A stretch of DNA of 63,736 bases, counting the filler, from Octopus bimaculoides (taxonomy: Eukaryota): the NCBI RefSeq assembly GCF_001194135.2. It is 4 parts of 4 records of this genome, joined end to end, with 100 filler letters (N's around TTAATTAATTAA, not from the genome) between each part and the next. Parts side by side here need not be neighbours in the genome. Positions count along the whole stretch, not along the records: positions 25,842 to 52,289 come from NC_068985.1; 3 more parts are not named here. The stretch is one strand, 5' to 3'. Below are positions 36,162 to 48,630 of this stretch, one piece after another. The translations under genes and the position numbers were made by a program. The notes beneath the pieces were generated by a model. It made no database searches and was not told the DNA's origin. It saw only the letters and a list, made by a program, of their open reading frames with translations. Numbering within the stretch: position 1 is the stretch's first letter; the number at the start of each line of letters is the position of its first letter.

Positions 36162-37258
36162 NNNNNNNNNNNNNNNNNNNNNNNNNNNNNNNNNNNNNNN
36201 NNNNNNNNNNNNNNNNNNNNNNNNNNNNNNNNNNNNNNNNNNNNNNNNNNNNNNNNNNNNNNNNNNNNNNNNNNNNNNNNNNNNNNNNNNNNNNNNNNNN
36301 NNNNNNNNNNNNNNNNNNNNNNNNNNNNNNNNNNNNNNNNNNNNNNNNNNNNNNNNNNNNNNNNNNNNNNNNNNNNNNNNNNNNNNNNNNNNNNNNNNNN
36401 NNNNNNNNNNNNNNNNNNNNNNNNNNNNNNNNNNNNNNNNNNNNNNNNNNNNNNNNNNNNNNNNNNNNNNNNNNNNNNNNNNNNNNNNNNNNNNNNNNNN
36501 NNNNNNNNNNNNNNNNNNNNNNNNNNNNNNNNNNNNNNNNNNNNNNNNNNNNNNNNNNNNNNNNNNNNNNNNNNNNNNNNNNNNNNNNNNNNNNNNNNNN
36601 NNNNNNNNNNNNNNNNNNNNNNNNNNNNNNNNNNNNNNNNNNNNNNNNNNNNNNNNNNNNNNNNNNNNNNNNNNNNNNNNNNNNNNNNNNNNNNNNNNNN
36701 NNNNNNNNNNNNNNNNNNNNNNNNNNNNNNNNNNNNNNNNNNNNNNNNNNNNNNNNNNNNNNNNNNNNNNNNNNNNNNNNNNNNNNNNNNNNNNNNNNNN
36801 NNNNNNNNNNNNNNNNNNNNNNNNNNNNNNNNNNNNNNNNNNNNNNNNNNNNNNNNNNNNNNNNNNNNNNNNNNNNNNNNNNNNNNNNNNNNNNNNNNNN
36901 NNNNNNNNNNNNNNNNNNNNNNNNNNNNNNNNNNNNNNNNNNNNNNNNNNNNNNNNNNNNNNNNNNNNNNNNNNNNNNNNNNNNNNNNNNNNNNNNNNNN
37001 NNNNNNNNNNNNNNNNNNNNNNNNNNNNNNNNNNNNNNNNNNNNNNNNNNNNNNNNNNNNNNNNNNNATATATATATATATACATACATATATACGACGG
37101 GCTTCTTTCAGTTTCCGTCTACCAAATCCACTCACAAGGCTTTGGTCGGCCCGAGGTTATAGTAGAAGACACTTGCCCAAGGTACCACACAGTGGGACTG
37201 AACCCGGAACCATGTGGTTGGTACGCAAGCTACTTACCACACAGCCACTCCTACGCCT
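35924..37258 (-). mobile_element. SINE B copy whose internal microsatellite is spanned by an N gap of about 900 bp
   Basis: 3' half at 35924-36161, 5' half at 37069-37258. Confidence 0.85.
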
Positions 37259-38305
37259 ATATGAATAAATGTTAACTTTGCGGAAAACATCTGAAATAAA
37301 AAAAAAAATCCTAGGTGTTGGGCAGAGGATTGTTACCTTGTTTGATTTGTGATATTCTATGAAAAAAATTGGTTAACGTAAGTCACTTAAAGTGATATGA
37401 GTGCTACCATCTCCCTGTTTTGTTTTTTTTTTCACAACAATGACGAACACATAATGCGTTTTTGATTTCTCCCAAGAAGGTTACTGCACAAAATGTTTAG
37501 GAGTTTAGTCATGGCATTTCGGAAAAATATATTACGTTTACAACTTTTTGCATTTGAAATATTAGAAAGAAAACCAAAAATAAAAGTCAATATTCTGAGT
37601 GAAATCATAAAATGATTATTAAGCTATTTTATTAATTTGTATAATTTATCACTAAACTATATTAAATTATTCCCTTAAAACGTTAAGCTCATAAAATATG
37701 ATAGGATAATTGCGATAAATATGTTCATCCCGCGCTAGTAGTAGCTAAGCTAACTGCATCATCATAGAAGTTGATATGAGACCAATATTTATAGATGATG
37801 TAGTGTTATGCAGCTATGACATGTATGTGTTTTCATGGATGTAGTGATAAATCTTGCCTATCACAGGTGACGTAATAACATTTCTAGATACACTTGTACT
37901 TAAAAACGTGGAATAAACATATATAATAAATATTTCATATCGATAGAAAAAAAAAAGAAACATTCAGAGAATATGAACTCTTCTATAAATTGTATTGCAA
38001 TAAATACTTCAAACATAGATTTTCCATTTACAGCTTTTATGTAAATAATGAATTAGTAGTAAGCAATTATAGTTTATTGAAGTACTTTCAGATTTAAAAC
38101 TGTGTAAAGTTCTCTGGATAATCACCTTTTCAAAGTAAAATCTATTGTAGGAAGAGTTAAATGGTATAAGATATTATGACAATGTACAATAATGGAGCTT
38201 AAAATATGATAAACCTGTTTGTCAAATTGCTTTATAAGGTGTCACGCACGTAGGGTATATGAATTATAAAACAAATGAGATAAGACGCATAAACATAGGT
38301 ACATG

Positions 38306-38364
<59 letters not shown>

Positions 38365-39207
38365 NNNNNNNNNNNNNNNNNNNNNNNNNNNNNNNNNNNN
38401 NNNNNNNNNNNNNNNNNNNNNNNNNNNNNNNNNNNNNNNNNNNNNNNNNNNNNNNNNNNNNNNNNNNNNNNNNNNNNNNNNNNNNNNNNNNNNNNNNNNN
38501 NNNNNNNNNNNNNNNNNNNNNNNNNNNNNNNNNNNNNNNNNNNNNNNNNNNNNNNNNNNNNNNNNNNNNNNNNNNNNNNNNNNNNNNNNNNNNNNNNNNN
38601 NNNNNNNNNNNNNNNNNNNNNNNNNNNNNNNNNNNNNNNNNNNNNNNNNNNNNNNNNNNNNNNNNNNNNNNNNNNNNNNNNNNNNNNNNNNNNNNNNNNN
38701 NNNNNNNNNNNNNNNNNNATATATATAGTTCATATGAAATGCATAGATATTGCATCCATAAATATTGCTTGTGAATTCATATATATCTTTCCTAAAAGTT
38801 GAGTTGTTTCAAATCATGTTTATTAGTAATTATTACAATTATTGACTGATATCAAACCAAAGAGTGCTGGCTGTGCTATTTCCCAAACGTTTTAAATATA
38901 TAATCATAAAGTGAACGCTCTTTGAACGATCTGTGGTACTTGAATATTAAATGTAAATAATTTTCTGAAATATTTTTAAAATGAGACTATAACTAATATT
39001 TCCCAGACTTTAAACGTTACTTTATACCACAAAGCAAAATAATATTCAGAATACACTTCAAAATATAATAATATTTGAAGCATTCAGCAGATTAGAAAAA
39101 ATACTAATTCGTTAAATGTATTTATATCAATTTAATATACGACATCACACTTGAAGAACATTTAAATACACTAAACTTCAAGAGATGTAAAACATTCATA
39201 AAAGCAC

Positions 39208-39645
39208 ATTAGTTATTGAATCAAACATGAAATAACAACCTACATACATACATACATACATACATACATACATACATACACACATACATACATACATAAA
39301 TACATACATATACAAGAATAAAAGATTATATATATAAGAATATAAGAATATATATACATATACATAAACAAACATACACCCCCCCCTCCACACATATATA
39401 TATAAATATATATATAAAGGTTAAGTAATCAGAAAATAGAGAAAAGTTTTGATCAACAAGCAAACCACTAACTTTCGACTAAGGAAAGAAAACTCCGAAC
39501 GACCCGTCCTTGTTTTTTCTTTTCCCTGTTTTGTATCATCTGTGTGGATGCTTTGCGTACTTGTCCCAGTTTTTTGTATTCCTTTATATATATGTATATA
39601 TATTCTTATATTCTTATATATATAATCTTTTATTATTGTAATGTA

Positions 39646-39682
<37 letters not shown>

Positions 39683-39738
39683 GCATGTATGTATGTATGT
39701 GTGTAGGTTGTTATTTCATGTTTGATTCAATAACTAAT
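39208..39738. repeat. Inverted repeat with (TACA)n-containing arms around a unique core of about 180 bp; possible PLE pLTR remnant
   Basis: ATTAGTTATTGAATCAAACATGAAATAACAACCTACA... (39208) is the reverse complement of ...TGTAGGTTGTTATTTCATGTTTGATTCAATAACTAAT (39738). Confidence 0.7.
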
Positions 39739-39959
39739 ATATATATATATATATATATGATATAACATAGTAGAGTTTACTGTCTTGATAAAGCAAGATC
39801 ACTAAATAGGTACTCCATCTAGTGAGAGATAAATATCATATAATGTTCACAGTATAAGGATAAGACCTGCTAATGGTTTCTTGCTGTGAGGACAGGTGGC
39901 CAGGCAAGACTTTATAAGGTGTCTTGGGGCTAGACACGCTTTTATATATATTTACTGAA

Positions 39960-40102
39960 CATACGACAAAATCTTGAGGAGACGTTTGGTTGGCCCGAGA
40001 GTATAGTAGAAGACACTTGCCCAAATTGCCACGCAGTAGGACTGAACCAGGAACCATTTAGCTGAGAAGCATTCTTCTTATCATATAGTTACGACTGCGC
40101 CT
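39960..40102 (-). mobile_element. Degenerate SINE B 5' half
   Basis: GTAGAAGACACTTGCCCAA..GCCACGCAGTAGGACTGAACC. Confidence 0.65.
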
Positions 40103-40140
40103 ACATAAAACGCGTATACACACACATGCATCTGTAGTGG

Positions 40141-40214
40141 GGGAGTTTAGCTCAATCGGTCAGAGCACCGCGACACGTAATCACAGAGTTGTGATTTCGT
40201 GTCTCATAGCTAAC
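40141..40214 (+). pseudogene. tRNA-like remnant (Thr-CGT-like anticodon loop), probably a pseudogene or SINE head
   Basis: Intact D arm TAGCTCAATCGGTCAGAGCA; loop CACGTAA; T arm GTGATTTCGTGTCTCAT; mismatches in the acceptor and anticodon stems. Confidence 0.5.
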
Positions 40215-40846
40215 CACCTACACTTTTTCTGCAAAATAGGGGTAGTTTATCCTGTTCAAGCTATATTATTAGCATTATTCTGCGACTGAGAATTTAAAAA
40301 TCACTTCTTTAACTTTCTAAGACATCTCAACGCTTCTAAAAGCAAACTTCGTTTGCTTGTTTGCGTTTATCGTAATTTGAATTTATATATATATACACAC
40401 TCACACACACACAAAATTTCTTACTAATCCTTATACGTAGTAGCGTAGAAGAAGTGCAAGCAGTTCAAAACGCGCAGAGAGTGTATAAGCAGATTCATTT
40501 ATATTAATATATTTAACCGATTTCATATTTGTGCGATTTAAAAAAGTGTAGATTTTGAGGACTTGGATCTGTGTCCCAAACTTTATCATTTCTGGCCGTT
40601 TTAAAACTCGTTAGTTCTTGGAACGAGTATGTGGCTCAGGATTTTCACGTAGCGTGTGAGGGATATTTTGATTAGTTCCCTTCTATGTCTGTGTATTAAT
40701 GTTAAGCGGACAGCTGTACGTGAGATCACATCAAAGGTCAAATCCAGAAGAGATATCATATGAGTCAGAGCAATAACAAATGAACGTTGAAAACCGTACC
40801 CTAACATAGGATTGTTTTAGCCTGTTGGACATGGCAAGTAGTTGAA

Positions 40847-41365
40847 TGAGCAGCCTATGAGCTGCTTAAAGGAGTAAAGTAACTATATGAGCGGCTTATG
40901 ACCAGCTAAAATGAGTAAGGTAAATGCATAAGCAGCTTATGAGCAACATTAGAGAGTAGCAGGTTATGAGTAGCTTAAATGTGTAAAGTAGTTGTATGAG
41001 CAGGTTATGACCAGCTTAAATGAGTAAAGTAGCTGTATGAACAGCTTATGAGCATCTTAAATGAGTAAAGTAGATGTATGAGCAGGTTTATGAGCAGCTT
41101 ACGTGAGTGCAGTAGATTTATGAGTAGCTTATGAGCAACTTAAATGAGTAAAATAGATGTATGAGCAGCTTAAATGAGTAAAGTAGATGTATGAGTCGCT
41201 TATGAGCAGTTTAAATTAGTAAAGTAGCTGTATGAGCAGATTACGAGTAGCTCAACTGAGTAAAGTAGCTGTATGAGTAGCTTATGAGCAGCTTATGAGC
41301 AGCTTAAATGAGTAAAGTAGATGTGTGAGTAGTTTTACTGAGTAAAGTAGCTCAATGAGCAGTTT
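40847..41365. repeat. Minisatellite of about 41 bp, about 13 degenerate units
   Basis: Consensus GAGCAGCTTATGAGCAGCTTAAATGAGTAAAGTAGCTGTAT, built from an 11-bp GAGCAGCTTAT subunit. Confidence 0.9.
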
Positions 41366-42122
41366 GAAAATTTTTTCATGTAGCCAATTTGTAGTGACGC
41401 CTTAGTGACTTATTTACAACTTAGTGAATGATTCATTCTTCCTTACGATATGGCAAATGCTAACAATTCTTATAATAAAACATTTGAAAAAAAAAATTTT
41501 ACTTTAAAACTGTTTAGAACACATCATGGTAAATATAACTGCAGTCAAAAATCTACTGAAAAGTCACACTTGAATTATAATTAATTTATTTCTAAGTTTC
41601 ACATGTATATAAATAATCTGTATTTGCTCAGTAAATGTAAATAGAAAAGCAAAAGCGGAGTGGGGGAGTTAGACAAAGAAAGAAGTGTGTGTCTATTTGT
41701 AGACGCGTTGCTAATTCGTCGACAATTTTCAACAAAAGTGCAGGTTATGGATTAGTTCAGTTGACTCTATGCATCAGTTTTAATGACACCATATCGTACA
41801 TAGGTTTCATTGCCGTACCTTCTGAAATTATGTTAAATTAAGTTATAATCGTATATTTTTCGCACTGCATGGGGCCTTTCGAATTAGATATATAATTCTC
41901 ATCGCATCAAAAATGCCTCAAATAAATGTCGTTTATTCACACGGGGGTCATATATGAACAATTAACGCTAGTTTCTGGTTAATCTATTTATTGCCTTATC
42001 TCACGCAACCAGGACCTCGCAAGTAGTGGAGTAATGTTAGGTAAATTAAAACAACTTCAAGGAATTTGAAGCATTCACTGAAAGGTTACTGCATAATACT
42101 TTATCAATATAATTCCACCGAT

Positions 42123-42830
42123 TAAGGCGGCGAGCTGGCAGAAACGTTAGCACGCCAGGCGAAATGCTTAGCGATATTTCGTCTGTCTTTACGTTATGAG
42201 TTCAAATTCCGCCCAGGTGGACTTTGCCGTTAATCCTTTAGGGCTCGATAAATTAAGTACCAGTTGCGTACAGGAGTCGATTTAATCGACTGGCCCCCTT
42301 CCCCCAAAATTTCGGGCCTTGTGCTTAGAGTAGAAAATAATATATATTTTAAGGCAGCGAGCTAGCAGAAAGGTTAGCACGCAGGGCGAAATGCTTAGCA
42401 GTATTTCGTCTGCCGTTATGTTCTGAGTTCAAATTCTGCCGAGGTCGACTTTGCTGTTCATCCTTTCGGAGTCGATAAATTTAGTACCAGTTACGCACTG
42501 GGTCGCTGTAATCAACTTAATCACTTTGTCTGTCCTTCTTTGTCCCTTCTGTGTTTAGCCCCTTGTAGGCAATAAAGAAATAAGAAACGTTAGCACACCG
42601 GGCGAAATGCTTAGCGGTATTTCGTCTGTCTTTACGTTCTGAGTTCAAATNNNNNNNNNNTAGCGGTATTTCGTCTGTCTTTACGTTCTGAGTTCAAATT
42701 CCACCGATGTCGACTTTGCCTTTCATCCTTTCAAGGTCGATAGATTAAGTACCAGTTGCGTACGGGGGTCGACCTAATCGACTGGCCTCCTCCCCCAAAA
42801 TGTCGGGCCTTGTGCCTAGAGTAGAAGAGG
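42123..42830 (+). mobile_element. Tandem cluster of SINE A copies, including a dimeric arrangement
   Basis: Heads at about 42123 and 42351; a headless unit begins at about 42585. Confidence 0.85.
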
Positions 42831-43582
42831 ATAAATATTTTCAGGCATGCATTGTACATATAAATAAGTGCACGCATGTGGAATGATTGTGTTAGATTAG
42901 AAAGATATAGTCATGAATATATGATGTTGCGTTTGTGACTCTGAAAGAGATATAGATAAAATGGTAAGGCCTAAGAAAACAAAACAAACAAATAAAAAGA
43001 AAACAACAACATATAACTAGACGTCAATAACAACTTAAAGCACTCCGTATTATCAATTATTTAATGGAGAAGCCCTATTGAATTTAATTTAGTCCAAAAT
43101 ATGATTTTCTTTTTACTCTCTTTTTTTTTTTTTACCTATTGTACTTCTAAAGTTTCCTTAAAGCTGTTAAGATATTGCTGAATGTAACTTTGTCCAACAT
43201 ATGAATAACTATTCTTTTTTCTTTTTTCCACTTTTACATAATATTTTTAAAGTTTTCTTAAAGCTATTAAGATATTGTCAGTTTTACACTATTTAGGATT
43301 CAGCAGTGAAATAAAATTTAATGGAAAATATGCAGATAAGATATTTCAAAAATATAATGCTGAATTAAATCTTCCTGAAATCCTGGCATTTCCTAAGTCT
43401 TCTTACTTCCTAATCATTCTTACGTGTAAGTTATTTCCATAGATATTCTATAGAATTTAGAGCCAGCACTGAAAGTTGCGATGCTTACAAATACGTCCAT
43501 GTAAAAAATGCAATTTAAGATAACAAGAACTGGTAACGTATCAGCATATTTCATGAGTTATCGTTCCTTCTTCAGCAACCCA

Positions 43583-43958
43583 TTGTTGTTGGCACTCCGT
43601 CGCTTACGATGACGAGGGTTCCAGTTGATCCGATCAACGGAATAGCCTACTCGTGAAATTAACGTACAAGTGGCTGAACTCTCCACAGACATGTATACCT
43701 TTAACGTTGTCCTCAGGGAGATTCAGCGTGGCACAGAGTGTGGCACGTTTAGCCCTTTGAAATGCAGGTACAAGAGAAACAGGAAGAAAATTGTGGTGAA
43801 AGAGTGCAGCAGGGTTCGCCATCAGCTCCTGCCGGAGTCTCGTGGAGCTTTAGGTGTTTTCGTTCAATAAACACTCACAACGCTCGGTCTGGGAATCAAA
43901 ACCGCGATCCTACGACCGCGTGTGCGCTGCCTTAACCACTGGGCCATTGTGTTTCCAC
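43583..43958 (-). mobile_element. tRNA-derived SINE family C
   Basis: Head TGGCCCAGTGGTTAAGGCAG...GGTTTTGATTCCCAG; tail ...CGACGGAGTGCCAACAACAA. Homologous to 53842-54227. Confidence 0.85.
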
Positions 43959-44044
43959 ACTGCAGATGTACGCTGAAGTCGATTCAGTAGAATATAACCT
44001 GACTCGATTAAAATCAAGCTTAAAACTTGCTGCATGAACTTATT

Positions 44045-44101
<57 letters not shown>

Positions 44102-44219
44102 GATGAGGAGGAGAAAGGGTGAGTGATGATAATTGTGATGCTGAAAATTTGCATCAATTAATAATAATAATCGAGAAATTAAATTTTCTCGCCGTAATTT
44201 TTATATTCTTGAGAATTTA

Positions 44220-44825
44220 GTAATCCTTTCTACTGGAGACGCAAGGCCTCAAATTCGGTGGGAGGGTACTAGTCGATCACATCGATCCCAGTGTTTCACT
44301 GGTACTTAATTTATCGATCCCGAGAGGATGAAAAGCAAAGTCGACCTCGGCTGAATTTGAACTCAGAACGTAGCGACGGGTGAAATACCGTTAAGCATTT
44401 CGTCCAGCGTGTTAACGATTCTACCAGCTCACCGGCTTCTCTTGAGAATGTAATAATAACAAGGTCTGGAATTTTTAAGGTTAGAGGCTAGACGATTACA
44501 TAAGTAGTAGTACTTTAATGGTACCAATTTTAGAGATTCTGGAAGGATGAAAAGCAAAAGACACATCAGCGGAATTTGTAACAAGAACTCAGCAAGCCGG
44601 AATAAATTTCGCTAAGGATCTCGTCCGACATGTTGCGATTCGGCCAGCCCACCGCCCCCGTAATGAGAATAATCTTTTCTATAACAATTTGGGGGCAGGG
44701 TGTCAGTCGATTACATCGACCCTAGTACTCAACCGAAGCTTGATTTGTCAACCCCGAAAGGATGAAAAGCAATGTCGACGTTGGCAGGATTTGAACTCAG
44801 AACGTAAAAGCGGACGAAATGCCGC
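44220..44825 (-). mobile_element. SINE A copies (about 44220-44440, 44460-44650 degenerate, 44670-44825)
   Basis: Reverse complement of the SINE A body (GAATTTGAACTCAGAACG). Confidence 0.75.
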
Positions 44826-45049
44826 ACTCAGGAATTTTATTATTCCAAACAAACCGTACTCCCCATCCACCCCCATCCACAAAAAAAAACACAATGCGAA
44901 AATATGGAGAAATTGATAAAGGGAAGATAAACTATGACATAGTCATGTTTAATTTAAACACACACACACATTTATATAACAGACACACACATATATAAAT
45001 TCATAGATTGAGAGAAGGAGAGAGAGAAAAACAAGTGGACAAATATTTG

Positions 45050-45365
45050 AGGCCTCCGTCGGTCATGGCTGACCATTGATGATGTCATCCGTCCGTTGAG
45101 TTGTCTATACAGTTTTAACAACGCCTCCTGTGGCTGTAGAGACCGATGCGAGAGTGGCAGTCTCGTTTGCAGAGGTCACGCCTATACATTGAATCCGGTA
45201 TGTTGGCAGTCATTTCTTTTCTGTAGGCTCGGTTTTCAGCTGCCGCCACCCTTAAATTCTCTTCGCCGGTCTGCAGTTGCTTGTGAAGAGTGCCTCTCCA
45301 GCTGGTTCAGTCGACTGCTAGATGCTCCCAGGAATTGGTGTTGATACCAAGAACCTTCATATCCC
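45050..45365 (-). mobile_element. RTE/BovB-like LINE 3' end
   Basis: RDMKVLGINTNSWEHLAVD*TSWRGTLHK...DLCKRDCHSRIGLYSHRRRC* (C-terminal zinc finger), then a short 3' UTR GTCAGCCATGACCGACGGAGGCC. Confidence 0.85.
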
Positions 45366-45379
45366 TCCTGCGCAGATTC

Positions 45380-45775
45380 TCTTTTCTACTAGAGACACAA
45401 GGCCTGAAACTTTGGGGAGGGAGCCAGTCGATTAGATCGACCCCGGTACGCAACTGGTGCTTAATTTATTGACTCCGAAAAGATGAACGGCAAAGTCCAC
45501 CTGGGCGGAATTTGAACTCAGAACGTAAAGACAGACGAAATATCTCTTTCTTTATTGCCCACAGGGGGCCAAGCATAGAGGGGACAAACAAGGACAGACA
45601 AAGAGGTTAAGTCGATTACATCGATCCCAGTGCGTAACTGGTACTTATTTAATCGACTCAGAAAGGATGAAAGGTAAAGTCGACCTTGGAGGAATTTGAA
45701 CTCAGAACGTAACGGCAGATGAAATACCACTCCGCATTTCGCCCGGTGTGCTAACGTTTCTGCCAGCTCGCCGCC
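45380..45775 (-). mobile_element. Dimeric SINE A
   Basis: Full head unit with the TTGTCTGTCCTTGTTTGTCCC tail variant, followed by a headless unit. Confidence 0.8.
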
Positions 45776-48593
45776 TTTGGATAAAGATAGATAAATCTAG
45801 AATATAATACAGTGTGTGTCACTTCCCTCAATACCAATCCTTTACGAATTCGTCTGGCAAATACAAGTTACATTTTTATGACAGTCGAGCTTTCGTTTCC
45901 TTTGACTTTATCTCCATTTCGCTTCCAGTATCAAAATTGAATGAGTGAATGAGTTGTACTTGCTATCAGTACTACTCTTCTTAAAGTCAAATTAGCTATA
46001 ATTTTTTTTCGCTACGAAAATCGTAACAAAGTGTATTTATATCCTTTTTCGTTTTATTTAAAAAAAAATATTAATTTATTTCATTCCTATTTCTCTTCAT
46101 TTTAATCTACTTTTCTGATTTTGCGCTATTGTTTTCTTATTTGTTGTGTGGGTAGAGTAAAATTTGTTTCCACACATCTGTGTATAAAATAGAAAGGCTT
46201 TAATCTTAAACCATACTGAGTAATCGAAATATTCCTAAAATGTTCGTTGATAAATAACTCTTTCTATTTTAATATAATCCTAGAAGGAAAATTCATAAAA
46301 GTAATAAAGCGATGACATCAGCAGGAACAAAATATGTACAAGAAATTAGCTTAGACATCTAGCAATAAAATTTTGATCTAAAACCTAAGTGAAAGCCGAG
46401 CAGCGAACCAAGATGAATAATGAATTGTTGAAAAATAGATGCTTCATGTATAAAAAAAAAAAAAACTTGTCTTTCGCCGGGGTGGAGAATGAATTAGGCG
46501 TGAAGGATGCAACAAAATGTATGCAATGCAGAAACACTCCAACAGCACTTGATATAGCAAAATGAACATTATGGCATTTATCCTTTTACACAGACTCACG
46601 TACAAATATGCATGTATATATGCATATATGCGTACAAATATGCATGTATAAGGCTGTTCTTTTCCTTAATGGCATGTGAAATTTTCAGAATACGTGATCT
46701 ATGAAATTATCTTCCCTTCTAAAGTGCAGCTGGTTCTAATTGCCATTTGGTAATTAAGAAACATCTTCGGGAGACGGTACTAATTTTAATGTATAAATGA
46801 TTTGTTGTATTGTATTTGATGTGCACGTAGTTGTCTAAATTCAAATACATGCCACTGGTGACTCTGACGTATTTCTCGCAGATTATTTTTGTTTAAATGT
46901 TGTATATTATCTAAGCCACAAGCGTTTTCTTTTCATTTTGGATGTTTCTAAGCCTTCTGGTTACTGAAGTTAAGGTTGGACAACTGTCGTGCTGCTGGAA
47001 TTTATTGAGGTTGAAACACGTGTTAACGGCTGTCCTTATATCTTTCGAAAATAAGCCCATCCTTTTGGTCAATGACTTGTCAACTTTGAAGACTTCTTGA
47101 TTCTCAAGATTTATCTCTCATTCTCTTATGGATCTGGTTTTGATTGCCGTTTGGCTATCGCGAAAAATCATCAGGAGATGGCGATCAATTTAAAATACAT
47201 CAAGGAAATACGTCGTGTGGTATTTGACATATTTGTATTTGCCTATAGTGTTCAAAAACACATTACTGGTTACTCTATGTTATTAATCTCTGCTCATATT
47301 TGTACACACACACACACATACACACACACACACACACACATGTGTATATATGAGATTATATGCTGTTTGGTGGCGCAGAGCAATTTGAAAAGAAACGTAG
47401 TTATTCTGCTCGTTATGGTACAATCGTTTATTCTCTTTTCCCGCATATTATTAACTTAGAATAACTAATTGAATGCTTATCGAAGTAACCTGAAACAGTT
47501 ACTGAATAATACTTAGAAGTAACAAACAATGTGTTCCAAAGCAATATAACTATGTGATTCAACAGCTATGCAAACGATTGCTCGTGTGTGATGTGATAAA
47601 CAAACAATGCGAATCAATACAATATATCGCCTGTTATACCAAATGCAATTGATCAAATACCATAAAACATACACTTCATGCAGACTATTAATGGAAGTCG
47701 ATGCACATTTAAAGTAGCAATACAGAAATTTAAGTTGATAATAGCGCTGTCGTGAAAGTCAACATAAATATGCATAAATGCAGCTTGTAAATAAATTCGG
47801 TTTAATGCGTCTCATGGTAAGAGATGAAAGAAGATTTCCTTTTAATGTTGAATGTATAGTGCTACAATGGATTAGGGAAAGTAAACGAGAAATATGCAAC
47901 TTCATTCAAGCTGTAAAACCGGAGGAAATGTGCATGGATCGTGGCTCTTATTTTAAACCAGTGATTCTCAACTATTTATTTTTACCTGTAGTCCCCTTAG
48001 ACTAATATTTTATGCTAGTAGACCCCACCATAACCATTTGATGTTTAGAAGCTAATTTTAAAAATACTTCTTTCAAAATTCCTACGTTTAAGTTGAAAAT
48101 GTCAGAGGAAAACGTCAGAGAAAATCGTCAGAGAAAGAAACGTTGCTGTTTTTTTTACTATAAATACATCTAACGCAAAGCTTTTTCATGAACCCGTAAA
48201 ATACTACTGTCGAACCAATTTTCTATTTTACTTGTGTGGAACCCCGAAAATCTTATATGGACCACAAGGTCATATGCACCCCGGCGAGAAACTCTGTTTT
48301 AAGCTGAAATGGGCTTATAACAATAATTTGCTGATGCAGTAATTCTTTGGAATAAAGCTGTATGTTAAGGTATTTTGCTGTTTGTTGCTAAGCTGAATGA
48401 CTCTTGTTTGTTTCAGCTAAAATTGGCTAACTATAGTTGATACATTAGTTCCATGCAAACCAGACTCTCTCACCAGGATCGTCTGTAAAATCAGCTGAAA
48501 GAGAGAAATCAGTCTCTTTGTTTCTAACATTACTTATCACGGTAGTCTGGTTTCCGTTTAGTCCATCAATGGACACACACACACACACACACA

Positions 48594-48630
<37 letters not shown>

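Noticed and set aside
26703-38774. Long ORFs (up to 444 aa) in the supplied track
   Set aside because: They are mostly X from N gaps plus microsatellite translations (IYIY, HTHT, poly-I/L/Y/V); not coding evidence.
40141-40214. Functional tRNA-Thr gene
   Set aside because: The acceptor stem has two mismatches, the anticodon stem is disrupted, position 33 is A, and the T loop is TTCGTGT; kept only as a remnant.
40847-41365. Repeat array as CRISPR
   Set aside because: Eukaryotic context, tandem units without unique spacers, and no cas genes.
43535-43585. Minus-strand CUGAAGA...GAAA hammerhead-like motif
   Set aside because: Stem II has a mismatch in 4 bp, there is no convincing stem III or NUH, and stem I is weak.
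47130-47185. Minus-strand CUGAUGA with a nearby hairpin
   Set aside because: There is no GAAA in register (it reads CAAAA) and no stem I.
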